DNA from: Auanema rhodensis
Lineage: Eukaryota; Animalia; Nematoda
Direction of reading: 5' to 3'
NCBI GenBank assembly: GCA_964057225.1
Contig: OZ059898.1
Span: 4,464,001 to 4,528,000 of the forward strand
Length of the DNA: 64,000 bases
Below, piece after piece: positions 52,721 to 64,000 of the stretch. Position numbers and translations under genes: made by a program. The notes under the pieces are model-generated. The model made no database searches. It was not told the origin of the DNA and was given only the letters and a program-made list of their open reading frames with translations. Positions within the stretch are counted from its first letter, which is position 1; every line of letters begins with the position of its first letter.

Positions 52721-53261
52721 TTTTTTCCATGAATGTGTTCAATAGATATGAATATATGGACATGTATATGTGTGAATATGAAGCACAACGATTTCTTTCT
52801 TGCTTGAATATAAGCATAAACGTATATATTTTTTTAAAGAAACACATACATTTATATTTATATTTTTGACAAGCAAATGATATATCTTAGATCTCAAACA
52901 TCGTTACCTTTTATAGTATTTCATTTTTCAGTTTACATAACATTTTCAATAATTATTTCATAATATATAGATATTATGTGTGCCTTTTGTCTAGTTTGAA
53001 CTTATCTCTAACTAAACTAAACCACAATATCTTTAAAACATAAATATATACATTTTCATATTTTTATTGCAATGCTGTAATCTGTTTCAATCTTTGCACA
53101 TCATTTTATCCTCCTGTCTAACTTTGTGTAATGAAAAAACGCATCAGCATTAGGCACATGATTCTGTTTTATCACAAGATCTTCATATTCTGTTTATATG
53201 TTCTTCGTTTAGAATTTTCAGTTATAATATTAATCTAATTTTTATTTTTTTTATGTTTTAG

Positions 53262-54415
53262 ATGTCATCGGGAAACATCTCAATATTTTGTCCTTACTGT
53301 CGATGCCCCGAACTTTCTTCTCCTGAAGAGCTATGTCTTCACATAGATCGTGATCATAAAATGTCCGTAATTGTGAACAAAAAACAATTTGATCAATTGG
53401 AAGACTTTCAAGTAATCATTCATTCATAATATTTATATTACCTGTAATTGATTAGAAATGGCTAAGTTCTGTTGAAGTAGCACGAACTGATGGAGGCTTT
53501 CTTGGATCTGATATCGGACCTACTAGTGATGATTCGGTATATTCTTATTTCTCTTAATGTTATTGTTATTAATATATACTTTAGGAATATTATTTACTAT
53601 GTCGACGACGAGATTCACCATTATTAAAACGTCGTCGCCTGATCTCACCTTTGAGGGGGCGACGTCAGTATGATCGGATTAATGTTGTATCATGTACAGC
53701 GTTTGTTCATGTTGAGCTTTCTACTGAAGGGTAAGACTTTATGAAATAATCGAACTATATTTTACGAATTTTAAGTTGTATAAACGTTCTATATTGTTTG
53801 GATCATTGCTATAATTGTGAATCAGTAAACAAAATTAATGCCCAAAAAAACTTTCAAAAAAGGTAATATCCTATCATTTTTTCAATATTTTACTTTATAA
53901 TCGAATTATAGAATTAAATCGAAACGTAGTTTTGAATGCTTGTCACATGAGAAATCCGACACTCAGGTTTTCATTGTTTCATATCAAAATACTATTAATT
54001 TATCCAACAGACTGTTCCATGCTGCTCCTTGACATCGGTAGATGATGATATGATTGATGTCAGTCAAGAGCTTGAGAATACTTCATCTAACGCTGTAGAG
54101 CCAACAAAGTGTTTTGAAAAAAATGTAGGTCTTCATGTTTTAAGATATTTGAAAAAATAATTAACTGTTTTGTTAAATACAAACTTTTTTTAGGAAGATG
54201 ATATTTGTTATGACATATCACTCATGAACAAGATGATAACACAAAGACTTGACCATACTGCTAATAGGTTACGTGCACTAACGCAGGTTTGTAATGACTT
54301 TTAAACCTTTAAAAGTAATAAATGAATCATATTTTCTGTTTTTAAGCTATTGGCCGATCTCGCCGTTGATATTCGAGCTTGTGATACACCAACTAAAGCC
54401 ACAGTGTTCATCTGA
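53262..54415 (+). CDS. C2H2 finger + WRKY/GCM1/FAR1-like (MULE-type) zinc domain protein with short C-terminal coiled coil
   Basis: Eight phase-consistent exons: MSSGNISIFCPYCRCPELSSPEELCLHIDRDH..FDQLEDFQKWLSSVE..YYLLCRRR..SCTAFVHVELSTEGCINVLYCLDHC..MITQRLDHTANRLRALTQLLADLAVDIR; stop TGA 54413-54415. Confidence 0.8.
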
Positions 54416-57307
54416 AATTATGAAAGGCATATTTGAGACATGTAGTTTGAACTTGGATCTCAATCCTCACTAATGATTTTGAACATATATAAATGGAAGT
54501 TTGTATATGCATGTTTCTTTGAGTTTAATTTGAACGTAATCTTTAACACAACATTCCTCTCGTTTTATATTAAACGGCTATTGTTTGATAAATACATATG
54601 TATGTATGTATTCATATATGTACGAAACTTGTCATATTATATATATATTATAATAATATAGAAAATAATGTTTATTTCAAAAAATTAAGTTGATTATTGT
54701 GATGTTGAATAATAAATTCATTTGATTATAAATTAATGAATACACACGAACTGTGTGAAATGCATTTTTTCAATATATTATACTCCAGAATTTCGTGATA
54801 TTTTAAACTTTATAGTCAATATTTACAAAATTTTTTAATTCTTGCTAATTTTTTCAACTTTTTCAAAACATAAGCAATAGATAAGAATATATTATATATT
54901 ACATGTTACTGGAATGCGGACCAATTCAGTATCTTACTTCTTTGTCTTTAATTAGAAATAATGTTATCGTTCGTCATTCAAAGCTATAAATTATATATGA
55001 GACATTGTCCAATTAAATACAAATTGCTTATATAATTGACTAATGGCTCAAGCATGGTTATCTGATGAATAACCGTTCTAAAACACTTTTTCAATATACA
55101 ATATTTCTCCATCTATTCACATAGTTAGCATGGAATTAGTAGAATAAGCTGGTATTTAGTTGTCATCACATATGCGGATCTGAAAATCTTATTTCTGGTT
55201 ATCGTAAGTCTTTTCAATGAACAAGGTCATTTATTTATTGTTGCGTTGCTTGTGCTACTAAAACGGAGAGACGCAGAGGTCTGAAGACGTAAAGCAGTTG
55301 ATTTTTTTCGTAGAAAATATTGTAAAGCTAGTTGAAGATGTCCGAATATACACTGTTTCCTAAAAATTATTATGAAAAAAATAAATGTAGTCAATATGCT
55401 AAATGACCTTGATGGTCAATTGGAGAGGGGGTGTACGCAAGGGATGGCTGCTGCTAGGACTAGGAAGGGTGGAAGAGACCACTACTACCCCACGACGAGC
55501 GCTCTGTTTCTCTCTCGTCTCACGACTTCCTCGCTCTCCATTCTTCATTCAGTTTCTCTGCTCTCTAGCCTTTTGCCTCTATTTATTCTTTCCCTTTCCA
55601 TCCACTGGTTCTCCTAAAACAGCTACATCCCTTATTCATTTTCAACTATCATTACAATCTTTAGCTTAATTTTGTTCTAAGAAAATTATAACAATGTTTA
55701 TTTATATAATTGAAATATACTTACATTAATATTGAATGTACGTATCTTTTTAAGCTCTAATTATTTTTGTGTCATGAATTTTAATCATTGTTTGAATTTA
55801 TCAAGCGGAAAGTTCGTCAAATCAAGACATCAGACTGTGATCTATAAACTCTAGCTTATCGAATGTCGTTCAGAATGTCTTGTTTTTGTCTGAGGCAGTG
55901 GATGTTGTTTGAGTGTTTTTGCGTTCATTTTTTCCTCACTTATTAGAACTATTTAATATAAAATGAATTTTATTTTGTTTAGTGACCCATGGATAAAAAA
56001 GGGATTTGAAAAAGTATGTTATTCGCTTTATCTGGTTTTTTCTATCCAAATTTTAAACTTTTTGATGGTATAGCGTCTGTACAACAGATTATTAATATCA
56101 TGTTTCATTTAATAATCATATCATCAATGGTCAATGGTTAAAAAATAATTTCAGAATCTAAGACGTAAAAGAAGAGGAAATGGAAGATAATGGTCCGGTT
56201 CGTGTGGGTTTCGGGTGAAAATAGTAGACAGAGTGGTGAGAGTATGACACAAGGAGAGACACGCAGAGTGTTTGGCACCGACCGCCGCATTCTCATATCG
56301 CCCGCTGTTCTCTATTGGCGCCTGCTGCTTCGCTCCAATTTTTTTACGTTTAACATCGTCCTGTTATTGTGCTTGTTCAGTATATGGAATTAAATATTTA
56401 AATAACTCCTTATATCATTTAATTTTTTTCCGCGTTTTGAAGCCATGTTTAGAATTCTTGCGCTTACTGACCCCAACGCGTCTTTTTGCTATTGATTTCT
56501 TCGCTAATCAATCTTCACTACAGTCAATCCAGTTCATCTGATTTTGATTGGTTAACTCATTTATTTAACAATATATATATATATTAATATATTTTAATTT
56601 GTTATATTATCTTGTGGATAATTTAATTTAACATGATATATTCATTTTTTGTAAAACTTTTGATATCAGTACAATTTTTCAGTTGTTGTCTTTATTATTT
56701 TGCTTTCAAACTCAATAGTAACTCATGATATAGAAGTTTTTTACTGCCTGTTTATATTAACTGAAAAGTTTAGTAATGCTCCATATATTATTACTTAGAT
56801 AATAACGATATCTAGAAACCTGTATTTTCTTTGAAATATTTGTCTTCACATGTTGATCTGCGCAAACCGCTCAAAAAGTATTGATGTTATGAAGTGCTTA
56901 TAGTGCATTTTTATTCCTTCTTAAATTTCATAATGACTTCTTCATTTCTAGACTTGAGAATTTTTGATCCATGTTATTTCATTTTTTATTTGATAATCAA
57001 ATATTTCCGTTAGTCATAGTTCACGCATTGTGTATTATTCATAATTTCACTGCACGTATGGTTTAGTAATTAATTGTATTTTTCATGTTCTGCCTGTTTT
57101 TTCTTGTGTTTTTTAATCTTGTAATTATTAATTGTTCAACATCTGGAAACATGGTGACATATATTCTATATATTAGTTCTTTTTCAAAATGTATTGCAAA
57201 ATACTATCTCTCTATGATTGACTTTATAACTGCGGATGAAATACTTTAATTGTTTTCAGGTTTATTCGGTTAACCTCAAACTGGTTATGAGCAGCTAATC
57301 GCTTGTA

Positions 57308-60300
57308 ATGCAAGCTGCTTCTTCATTGCGTTCCCAAGATTCAACTAAGGTATATTTTATTCTGTCATAATATGAAGATATATAAGTTGTTACATGTTGA
57401 ATTATTCATAAAAGTGTTCATTTTCATTTTTAGTATTGTATTTTCAGAAAATGTCATCGGTTGCCGTTAAATCTTCTTCATCTCAACCATCTACCAGCCA
57501 GAAGGTTTTTGATGACTCATGTTTTAAAGCACCTCTGCCACCATCTAAGTATTATCATTAATTTTTTAATCAAGCGGAAGTATGTATTATTTCAGATACC
57601 GTCGACATGTACAGCAACAGCGGATGCGTGGCAGAGGTAGCCATACTTCAAGTTGTCGTCTTAGTTCGCGACATCAGGAACTTTTGGCTAGGTTGAGTGC
57701 TAGACAGAGAGGACTTCCATCTACTCGTGGTCAAAAAAGGGGTGGAGGCACAGGAAGAGGTTCAAGAAGGTATTACATTAATTTTATTATTTTCATCACT
57801 TTTTTTTTTCAGAATCGTTCCACAAAAGCCTCCTCCACCGCAGCCTAAATTTTTCTTACACGATATGTTTTGTCCTCATACTAACAAATTCTTAGGTAAT
57901 ATATTATGACTTTTCTTTAAAATGCTTTATATTTCTAGGAAAATTACCATTACCTTCTTTTGCTACTCAGCAACCTGAAGGTTTTCCACGCCCTGCCACT
58001 TCTTTGACTGACCCAAAGCGCAGGAAAAAGAAGAAGAAGAAGAATGAAAGTGACACTGAAGCTGCTACAGAATCTAAGACTGTATTAATTTCTTCTGAAT
58101 CTAAAAAAGTACTGGACAATGTGGATATTATTGGCAAAAGTTCAAAGAAAATTGACGATAAAAAGAGAAAAAGCATTGATAAGATTAAAAAAGCCGAAAA
58201 GTTAGAGGATAGCAATAACTCCGAATCAACAAAAATGGATAACGACTCTAATGGCCTCACAAATCCCAAGAAAAAGTGTGAAGACAATGATGTGTCTATC
58301 AATTCATCAGTGGAAACCGTTGACCATGTGAAGAATGTAACGACCGATGAAGAAAGAAAAATCGCCGTATTTTTTTTGTTGTGTATTCTTTCTTACTATA
58401 TTTTTTCAGAACAATACTGTTAAACAGGAAATAGACGAAGAAGATACAGATACTACTATTCCCAATACGAATGTAAACAGGTAGTTTGCTTAATTTGTAA
58501 CAAAGTATTTTTTTCAGGGTATATGTAGCAAGGAGAAAGATAACAAAGAACATATTTCTACTCTTATTAAAAATGAGGATACAGTGGACCAAAAGAATAT
58601 CAAAATACCTTTAGCATTGACAAGAGTTTGTTTCCGATTTTATGATACAATAATTGAAAATATATATTAGATTGAGGGAAAAGAAGGAGTACCGTTTGTT
58701 GAAGAACTAGTTATTGATGAATATTCTTTATTGTTATTTACCTGTGCCGAGGACGGAAAAGTATCTATATATTCGATTATACTTATACATTTAAATCGTA
58801 ATGTTTCAGAAATTTGCAATAGAAGCACAAAAGATACGAAATATCACAGAAATTAAAAAAAAGCGAAGCACTAGAATTAGAAGAAAAAAATTAATACGAG
58901 TAAGAAGAAGAATTCGTAAAAAGAGGGTAAGTGTGTTCTTTTAATTGATTTCAATATATGCTTCTTTGACCAACATCCCTTTTGAAACTGTTCATATAAT
59001 CCTCTTCAATTGAATTTTCTTTAGCTTGTCTGCGAATAAACACGTAGCAACAGTTTGTCTATATTTGCATCTCCTACTCAAACATTATCACTTTTCTGAC
59101 TCTCCCTAATTTCCATTTCTTTTCTCACGCATCCCACTATCTTCTTCTAGAAAGTCTTTTTAATGTTTGTCCTCGGTGCTTTTTTATCTAGCGTCATCAT
59201 ATGCGGGCTATCCATATGCCAAGCTTCTTTTTTCCTTTACTTTCTCTCTTGACACATGGTTCAGTTTACATTTGTTGTTGTCCTTTCAAACTGTTCAAAA
59301 ATCGGATAGAAATTTTCAATTGGCATCGTCGTTATTTACACTTTTATTAATCTGTCTTGTTGCTACCTTTAAACTATAATATTTTTTAATATTTAAAATA
59401 TTAACCTGATTTTTTCCTTATTTATGAATTATTTATAGCTTTTTCAAATTCAGATATTTCTATTTACTTTAACATAATACTTATTCAGTATATTCTGACC
59501 AACCCAAAAATCGTGAATTATTATCAAGTGTAAGACATTTGATAATAATTCACTATTTTTATATATAATTGGGTTGGTCAAACCTTTTTTGAGTTATTTT
59601 TTTTGCCATGTTCCTGTAGCGTACATGAATTGTATTGTTTCTTTTCATCGATCCCTTTTCAGACACATGTTCTCTCTTTTTCTTCCTCTTCAGGTTTTTG
59701 CGCTCTCGTGACTCCACGAAGCCACTCATCACTTTCCTCCCGTTGCACCAGCTGTCCTTAATCGCGGTTTTTTTGCATCTGTCTCTTGTGGGCGTGATGA
59801 TTTCATCGTTCTTCTGACAGACCGGTGGTTTCTTTACAACTAGGGTATGAGGAAGGGTATTCCACTGATTTGACGTTCTCGTTCTCTCACAAGTATCTAA
59901 TTGCTGGTGCAGTTGATCATTGGTATATATATATATACATCTCCAAATTTGTTTTTCTTTGTATATTGCCATGATATTATTGGTTACTATTCCAATTTTC
60001 TTGTCGCCTGCGTATCAGATAGCATCAATCATGCATGGAACCATTTGCGCGCTATAAATTAGAAGTGAAACCTAAAAGCAAATCACATTGTAAACATTAG
60101 TTCTCTGATGAGCGGTGGATATTGCGTACTGGGTGTTTAAAACATTAAACTTAAACTAGTTTAAACTTTTAATGGCGGTTGATTTTTATATATTTTCAGA
60201 AATTGATAGAGAAAGCTCAAAGAGGTCATAGAAAGCGCATTCGCGCTGCTCGAAGAGAAAAACTTCGTAAACAACGAAAAGAACGACACGCAATATTAAG

Positions 60301-60901
60301 AAAAGCTATTCTTGACGCCAAGGCTGCTGGTAAAGTTAGTAAGGTACTTAAATCACAGTGGCGCGAGGACAAGGAACGGACCTTGCAGAGGAAGGTTAGT
60401 TCGTTTGAATTTTCACTTTTCGCTCCGCTTTATTTATGAAAGTGTCAAGGACATCATGCGCGTTGTGATTTTTTCGCCATCTCATCGTCATCTCCGTATC
60501 TTTCCGTGTTTTGTCTGTACATTTCTCATTCGCTTTTTTGTATCCACATGTGTATAATCGGTTTTGATTGGAATTGTCCAGCTTGGCCACGTACACTCCA
60601 CACATGCACATAGCGAATGGGATGCATACAAACAAAAAATGAATAAGCGTCACTTTCTATCTATATTTGATTTTGATAGTATATATCTCTTATGGATTTT
60701 GTTTTGAATTATAATATTTGGAACTTTTCACTTTAATCATGACGTAATTCTTTCATAAACTTATTTTAGGCTGATATTAAGAAACGGAAGGAAGAGCACG
60801 AAGCCCGAAAAGAAGGACGTCGGCAACAACGTGAAAAGCTAAAGCGGGGCAAAAAGAGAAAAGGCAATAAAAAGCCTAAAGAACCAAAAAAGAAGGAAAC
60901 T
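57308..60901 (+). CDS. 5' part of a very Lys/Arg-rich, probably nuclear protein; 3' end lies beyond the window
   Basis: ATG 57308 (MQAASSLRSQDSTK) splices in frame to KMSSVAVKSS at 57448. A chain of exons includes DPKRRKKKKK, RIRRKKLIRVRRRIRKKR and KRIRAARREKLRKQRKERH. The last visible exon 60770-60901 ends at a GTGAGT donor with no stop. Confidence 0.8.
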
Positions 60902-62763
60902 GTGAGTTTTGTTAAAGTATTATTTCTCTTTTTTTACTTATTCTAAAGGTAGGTGATGTTTTTTTGTTGATTTTTTCTTTCTTTCTTTCTTTCTTTCTTC
61001 TGAGAGTCTAATACATTTTCTTTACGGCTTTTTTTTGATTCTTTGAACATTTTGTTTGCTCTATTTCATGCAGACAAACAGTTTTTTACTGTTTCTTTAC
61101 AAAAGTTCAAGATTTGCGTCTCACTTGACCTTTTCTCTCAGTCTAATCGGTGGAGTTTTATATATTTGCAACTTTTCCCCGAATATTTCCGTCAGTTGAT
61201 GAAAACTACCTCTTTTTTGACAATGTGTATGCAACATACATATAATGCATTGGTGCGATCGATAATTTGCTTCAATGATAGTTTATGAAGCAATGCCAGT
61301 GTTTGGTTTTAAAAAAATCTCCATCAATATAACTTCATCATCTTTTTGCTATTCGTTTCTCTCATATTTTGCTTTTTTTCCCATCTTGTTGGGTACATTG
61401 CGTCCTGTGTCTCCTTTTCTTTTCATCGTTTTTCTCCTTTCTTAAACTCTCTTCGCTTTAATTCTTTTTATCCTCCCTTTCCCTGTTTCCTCTTTCAACT
61501 TGCCAGGCCGTTGTAGTCGACGCCTATCGTCATCGCGAGTAATTTATTTTGCGTTCTTTGGTCATTTCTCTCCCCTGTCCTCTCGTTCAATCTGTGTTCT
61601 GATTCACAGTTTTAGATCTGTATATAATGCTAGCCTAACTATGCATGACATACGTGTGCCACTATTACCAACATCATATAAACACTTGGACATTGTCCAA
61701 AACATTTTAAGTTTTATCATTTTTGTGTGTTAGCTTATGAGAATCACATACCCTTCTTTGGTTAGCTTAGTTTAATAAGCAATTTTTATTGATTTTTCCT
61801 TTAAATGTTTTAGCGATATTGCATGTAGATTCTTCAACAACAGATAAATGATTTTATTAGTTTAGACCAATTTTTTAAAACCCTATTAGCTCTTTTTTTT
61901 ATTATCTCATGATCATTTTTTTATTTAGAATGATTGATAATATATAGAACTATTTTATCAATTGTTCTAAGAATTTTTAATCAAAGTTTGATCTGCTTCC
62001 TTATTATTTCACTTCTTTTGCACTTATGCTCTCAAAATAATTGATCATTATAAGTTTTCTGGGCGGAGTTTTGAATCGGCCCACAACGTGTACTCATAAC
62101 AAGAACGTGAAGCATTGACTCTGCGTCATTGATACAGCGAAGAAAATTTTTCCAGTCTGTCAATTTGCTTTATTTATTTTGCTTGTGATATGTGATTCAG
62201 TTGTTTCTAATCTGCCCTAGCTTAGGCAGGCTGTATCATATTATCAATTACAACGTCTTTACACTGTTTAAGATGGGGTGGCTGTCCCAGCGGTGAGCTA
62301 TTAGAGTTCTTTCCTTCTCTTTGTTCTTCTTGGGGCCGTTTCTTGTTAGTCACGCCTCTTCCTTCTGTGATCTTTTATTTCTCCTTCCGTAAGATTGTGT
62401 TACTCTATAGAGGCCAGATGATTAGCCGCTTTTTTCATCTTTTCTCGTCTCCCTTTCTCTGTCTATTCGTTTGTCGTAGCAATCGATTCAACAAATCGAG
62501 AGCGCTGGCGAGAGAGCGAGATAATAATGAAAAACATTTTTTCACTCTCCGTAGAGTGCATGTTCTGCCTTTAGCTGTATTTGCTCAATTTCCGCGTCAT
62601 TGTTATTCAATTGATCCCATTGATATTCAGAGCCGTCCGTTTTCTCTTTGTTGTGCATCCACATTCGAGTTTTGTCGCGTATTATTTCCATGATGTAGGT
62701 CTTCAGTTGATTAAGCCATGGTTGTCCACACATATACTTATCATATATGTACACATGTACACC

Positions 62764-62773
62764 TATATATATA

Positions 62774-62832
<59 letters not shown>
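62764..62832. repeat. (TA)n microsatellite
   Basis: Near-perfect TA run of ~70 nt. Confidence 0.95.
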
Positions 62833-62838
<6 letters not shown>

Positions 62839-64000
62839 TATATGTATATATTTTCAACATACATCATTTGATTTGCTGTTACTGCTGGACATATCTTAGT
62901 GCTTAGAAAAACCAGTTCTTTTCGTATCGACATTACTGTTTCTTCTGTTATCTTGCTTTGATGATGAACGTTTTTTTTCTAATTAACAAATCCTTAACGT
63001 CAATGACTTCAATTATTCAACGTGGTCTTGTCGTTCTTACCTCATTTTGTTGGTTGGTTATTGGTTGCAGCTTTGTTGCTTCGTTGTGCTTTGGTCCTAC
63101 TGCCTTCTTTTTCTGTTTGTTCTGAAGCCTATCCCATTTCAACCCATTCCCACGAGCTAACTACAGAGAATGAGAAGGACAACCGAATAGAGAAATGAGT
63201 GGGATATACACATCCCTGCTGCTCCCCCATTTATTCGATATTTCTTCTCATTATGCTTTCCTGTTCGATGTTCGTCATCTTTTTGTTCGACGCCGGGAAC
63301 CTAATTTTCGTTTGGGATTCTCTCTCACAGTTTTTTTCCGTTTGCAAACAGCGTTCCGTAGTAGCATCTTACTATCGTGCTCATCATTTGTCATTTTCGC
63401 TTTTCATTTTATACGTATTTTGTGCTTGTTTGAACTAATATTAATTATATCTTCATCTATATTTATAAATATCTATATTTCATCGCCTGATATATTCTCT
63501 TACTTTATTTGTTATTTGTTTGTATAAGTCAACAATTTTACACGTTCACTTTTAATTTGCTCATCGCAACGTTGGTAATTTCGGAAGTTTTCTTAATAAG
63601 TGAGTATGGCCGCCCATTTGGATGCGTACTCGTCATGTTTCCGTCAACCGACCTTCTCTGACCGGTCTCCAAGGTCACAAACTCTTTATCGAGGCCTCAT
63701 TTTCTCTCAACCTTCTCTCTAACGATTCAAATGTGGTAGAAAATTGATGTTGCATTAATGCGCCATTGACCGGCTTGTGGGTCTTCTTTCATCTGATAAA
63801 GAAGCAAAAGAGCATCATTTTTCTTTTTATCTTTCACACGCTGTTTCACTGTTATCTAAAAATTCCGGAATGTTTTTTATAGTATTGACAATCTTATCGC
63901 TGTAGTTGTCAACTTTTTTTATTAGCCGCTTCAATTTTCATCACGATTAATGTACTTGACTTGCTACGCTTTTACATATAATGAAAAATTGTTTATGACT

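Noticed and set aside
47719-53200. Many hydrophobic ORFs resembling membrane proteins
   Set aside because: Artifacts of T-rich non-coding sequence; no coherent exon structure.
61043-63527. ORFs near the window end
   Set aside because: Intronic or promoter-like low complexity; some translate microsatellites.
1-64000. CRISPR arrays, rRNA, prokaryotic systems, intact transposases, known miRNAs
   Set aside because: None recognised by eye in this eukaryotic sequence; an Rfam/miRBase scan is needed to exclude small RNAs.

Overview
AT-rich eukaryotic genomic DNA from a clade V (rhabditid/strongylid-type) nematode, judged from ~45-60 nt GT-AG introns, TTTCAG/TTTTAG acceptors and proteins closely resembling C. 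elegans PXL-1 and ZFP-1; the species cannot be fixed from sequence alone. The supplied ORF track is mostly exon fragments or noise, so gene models were assembled by hand from splice sites and phases. Twelve intron-containing genes are supported, 11 on + and 1 on -: a CENP-B/psq-HTH + C2H2 transcription factor; a SETDB1-type Tudor-like protein directly followed by a compact MBD/pre-SET/SET/post-SET methyltransferase (apparently a met-2 locus in two halves); a type IIA topoisomerase with a mitochondrial-type presequence; an RBM7-like RRM protein; paxillin; zfp-1/AF10; dephospho-CoA kinase; a 4-finger C2H2 protein; a small secreted Cys-rich peptide (- strand); a C2H2 + MULE/WRKY-like protein; and the 5' part of a very basic nuclear protein that runs off the window. 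Also present are an intronic tRNA-like (A/B box) element, a decayed coding-like tract on the - strand, microsatellites and two probable operons. The most interesting items are the two-part met-2 locus and an isolated GC-rich cryptic terminal exon encoding QESAPSPGIGVQ*. Family and orthology calls come from motif recognition and memory, not from database searches.
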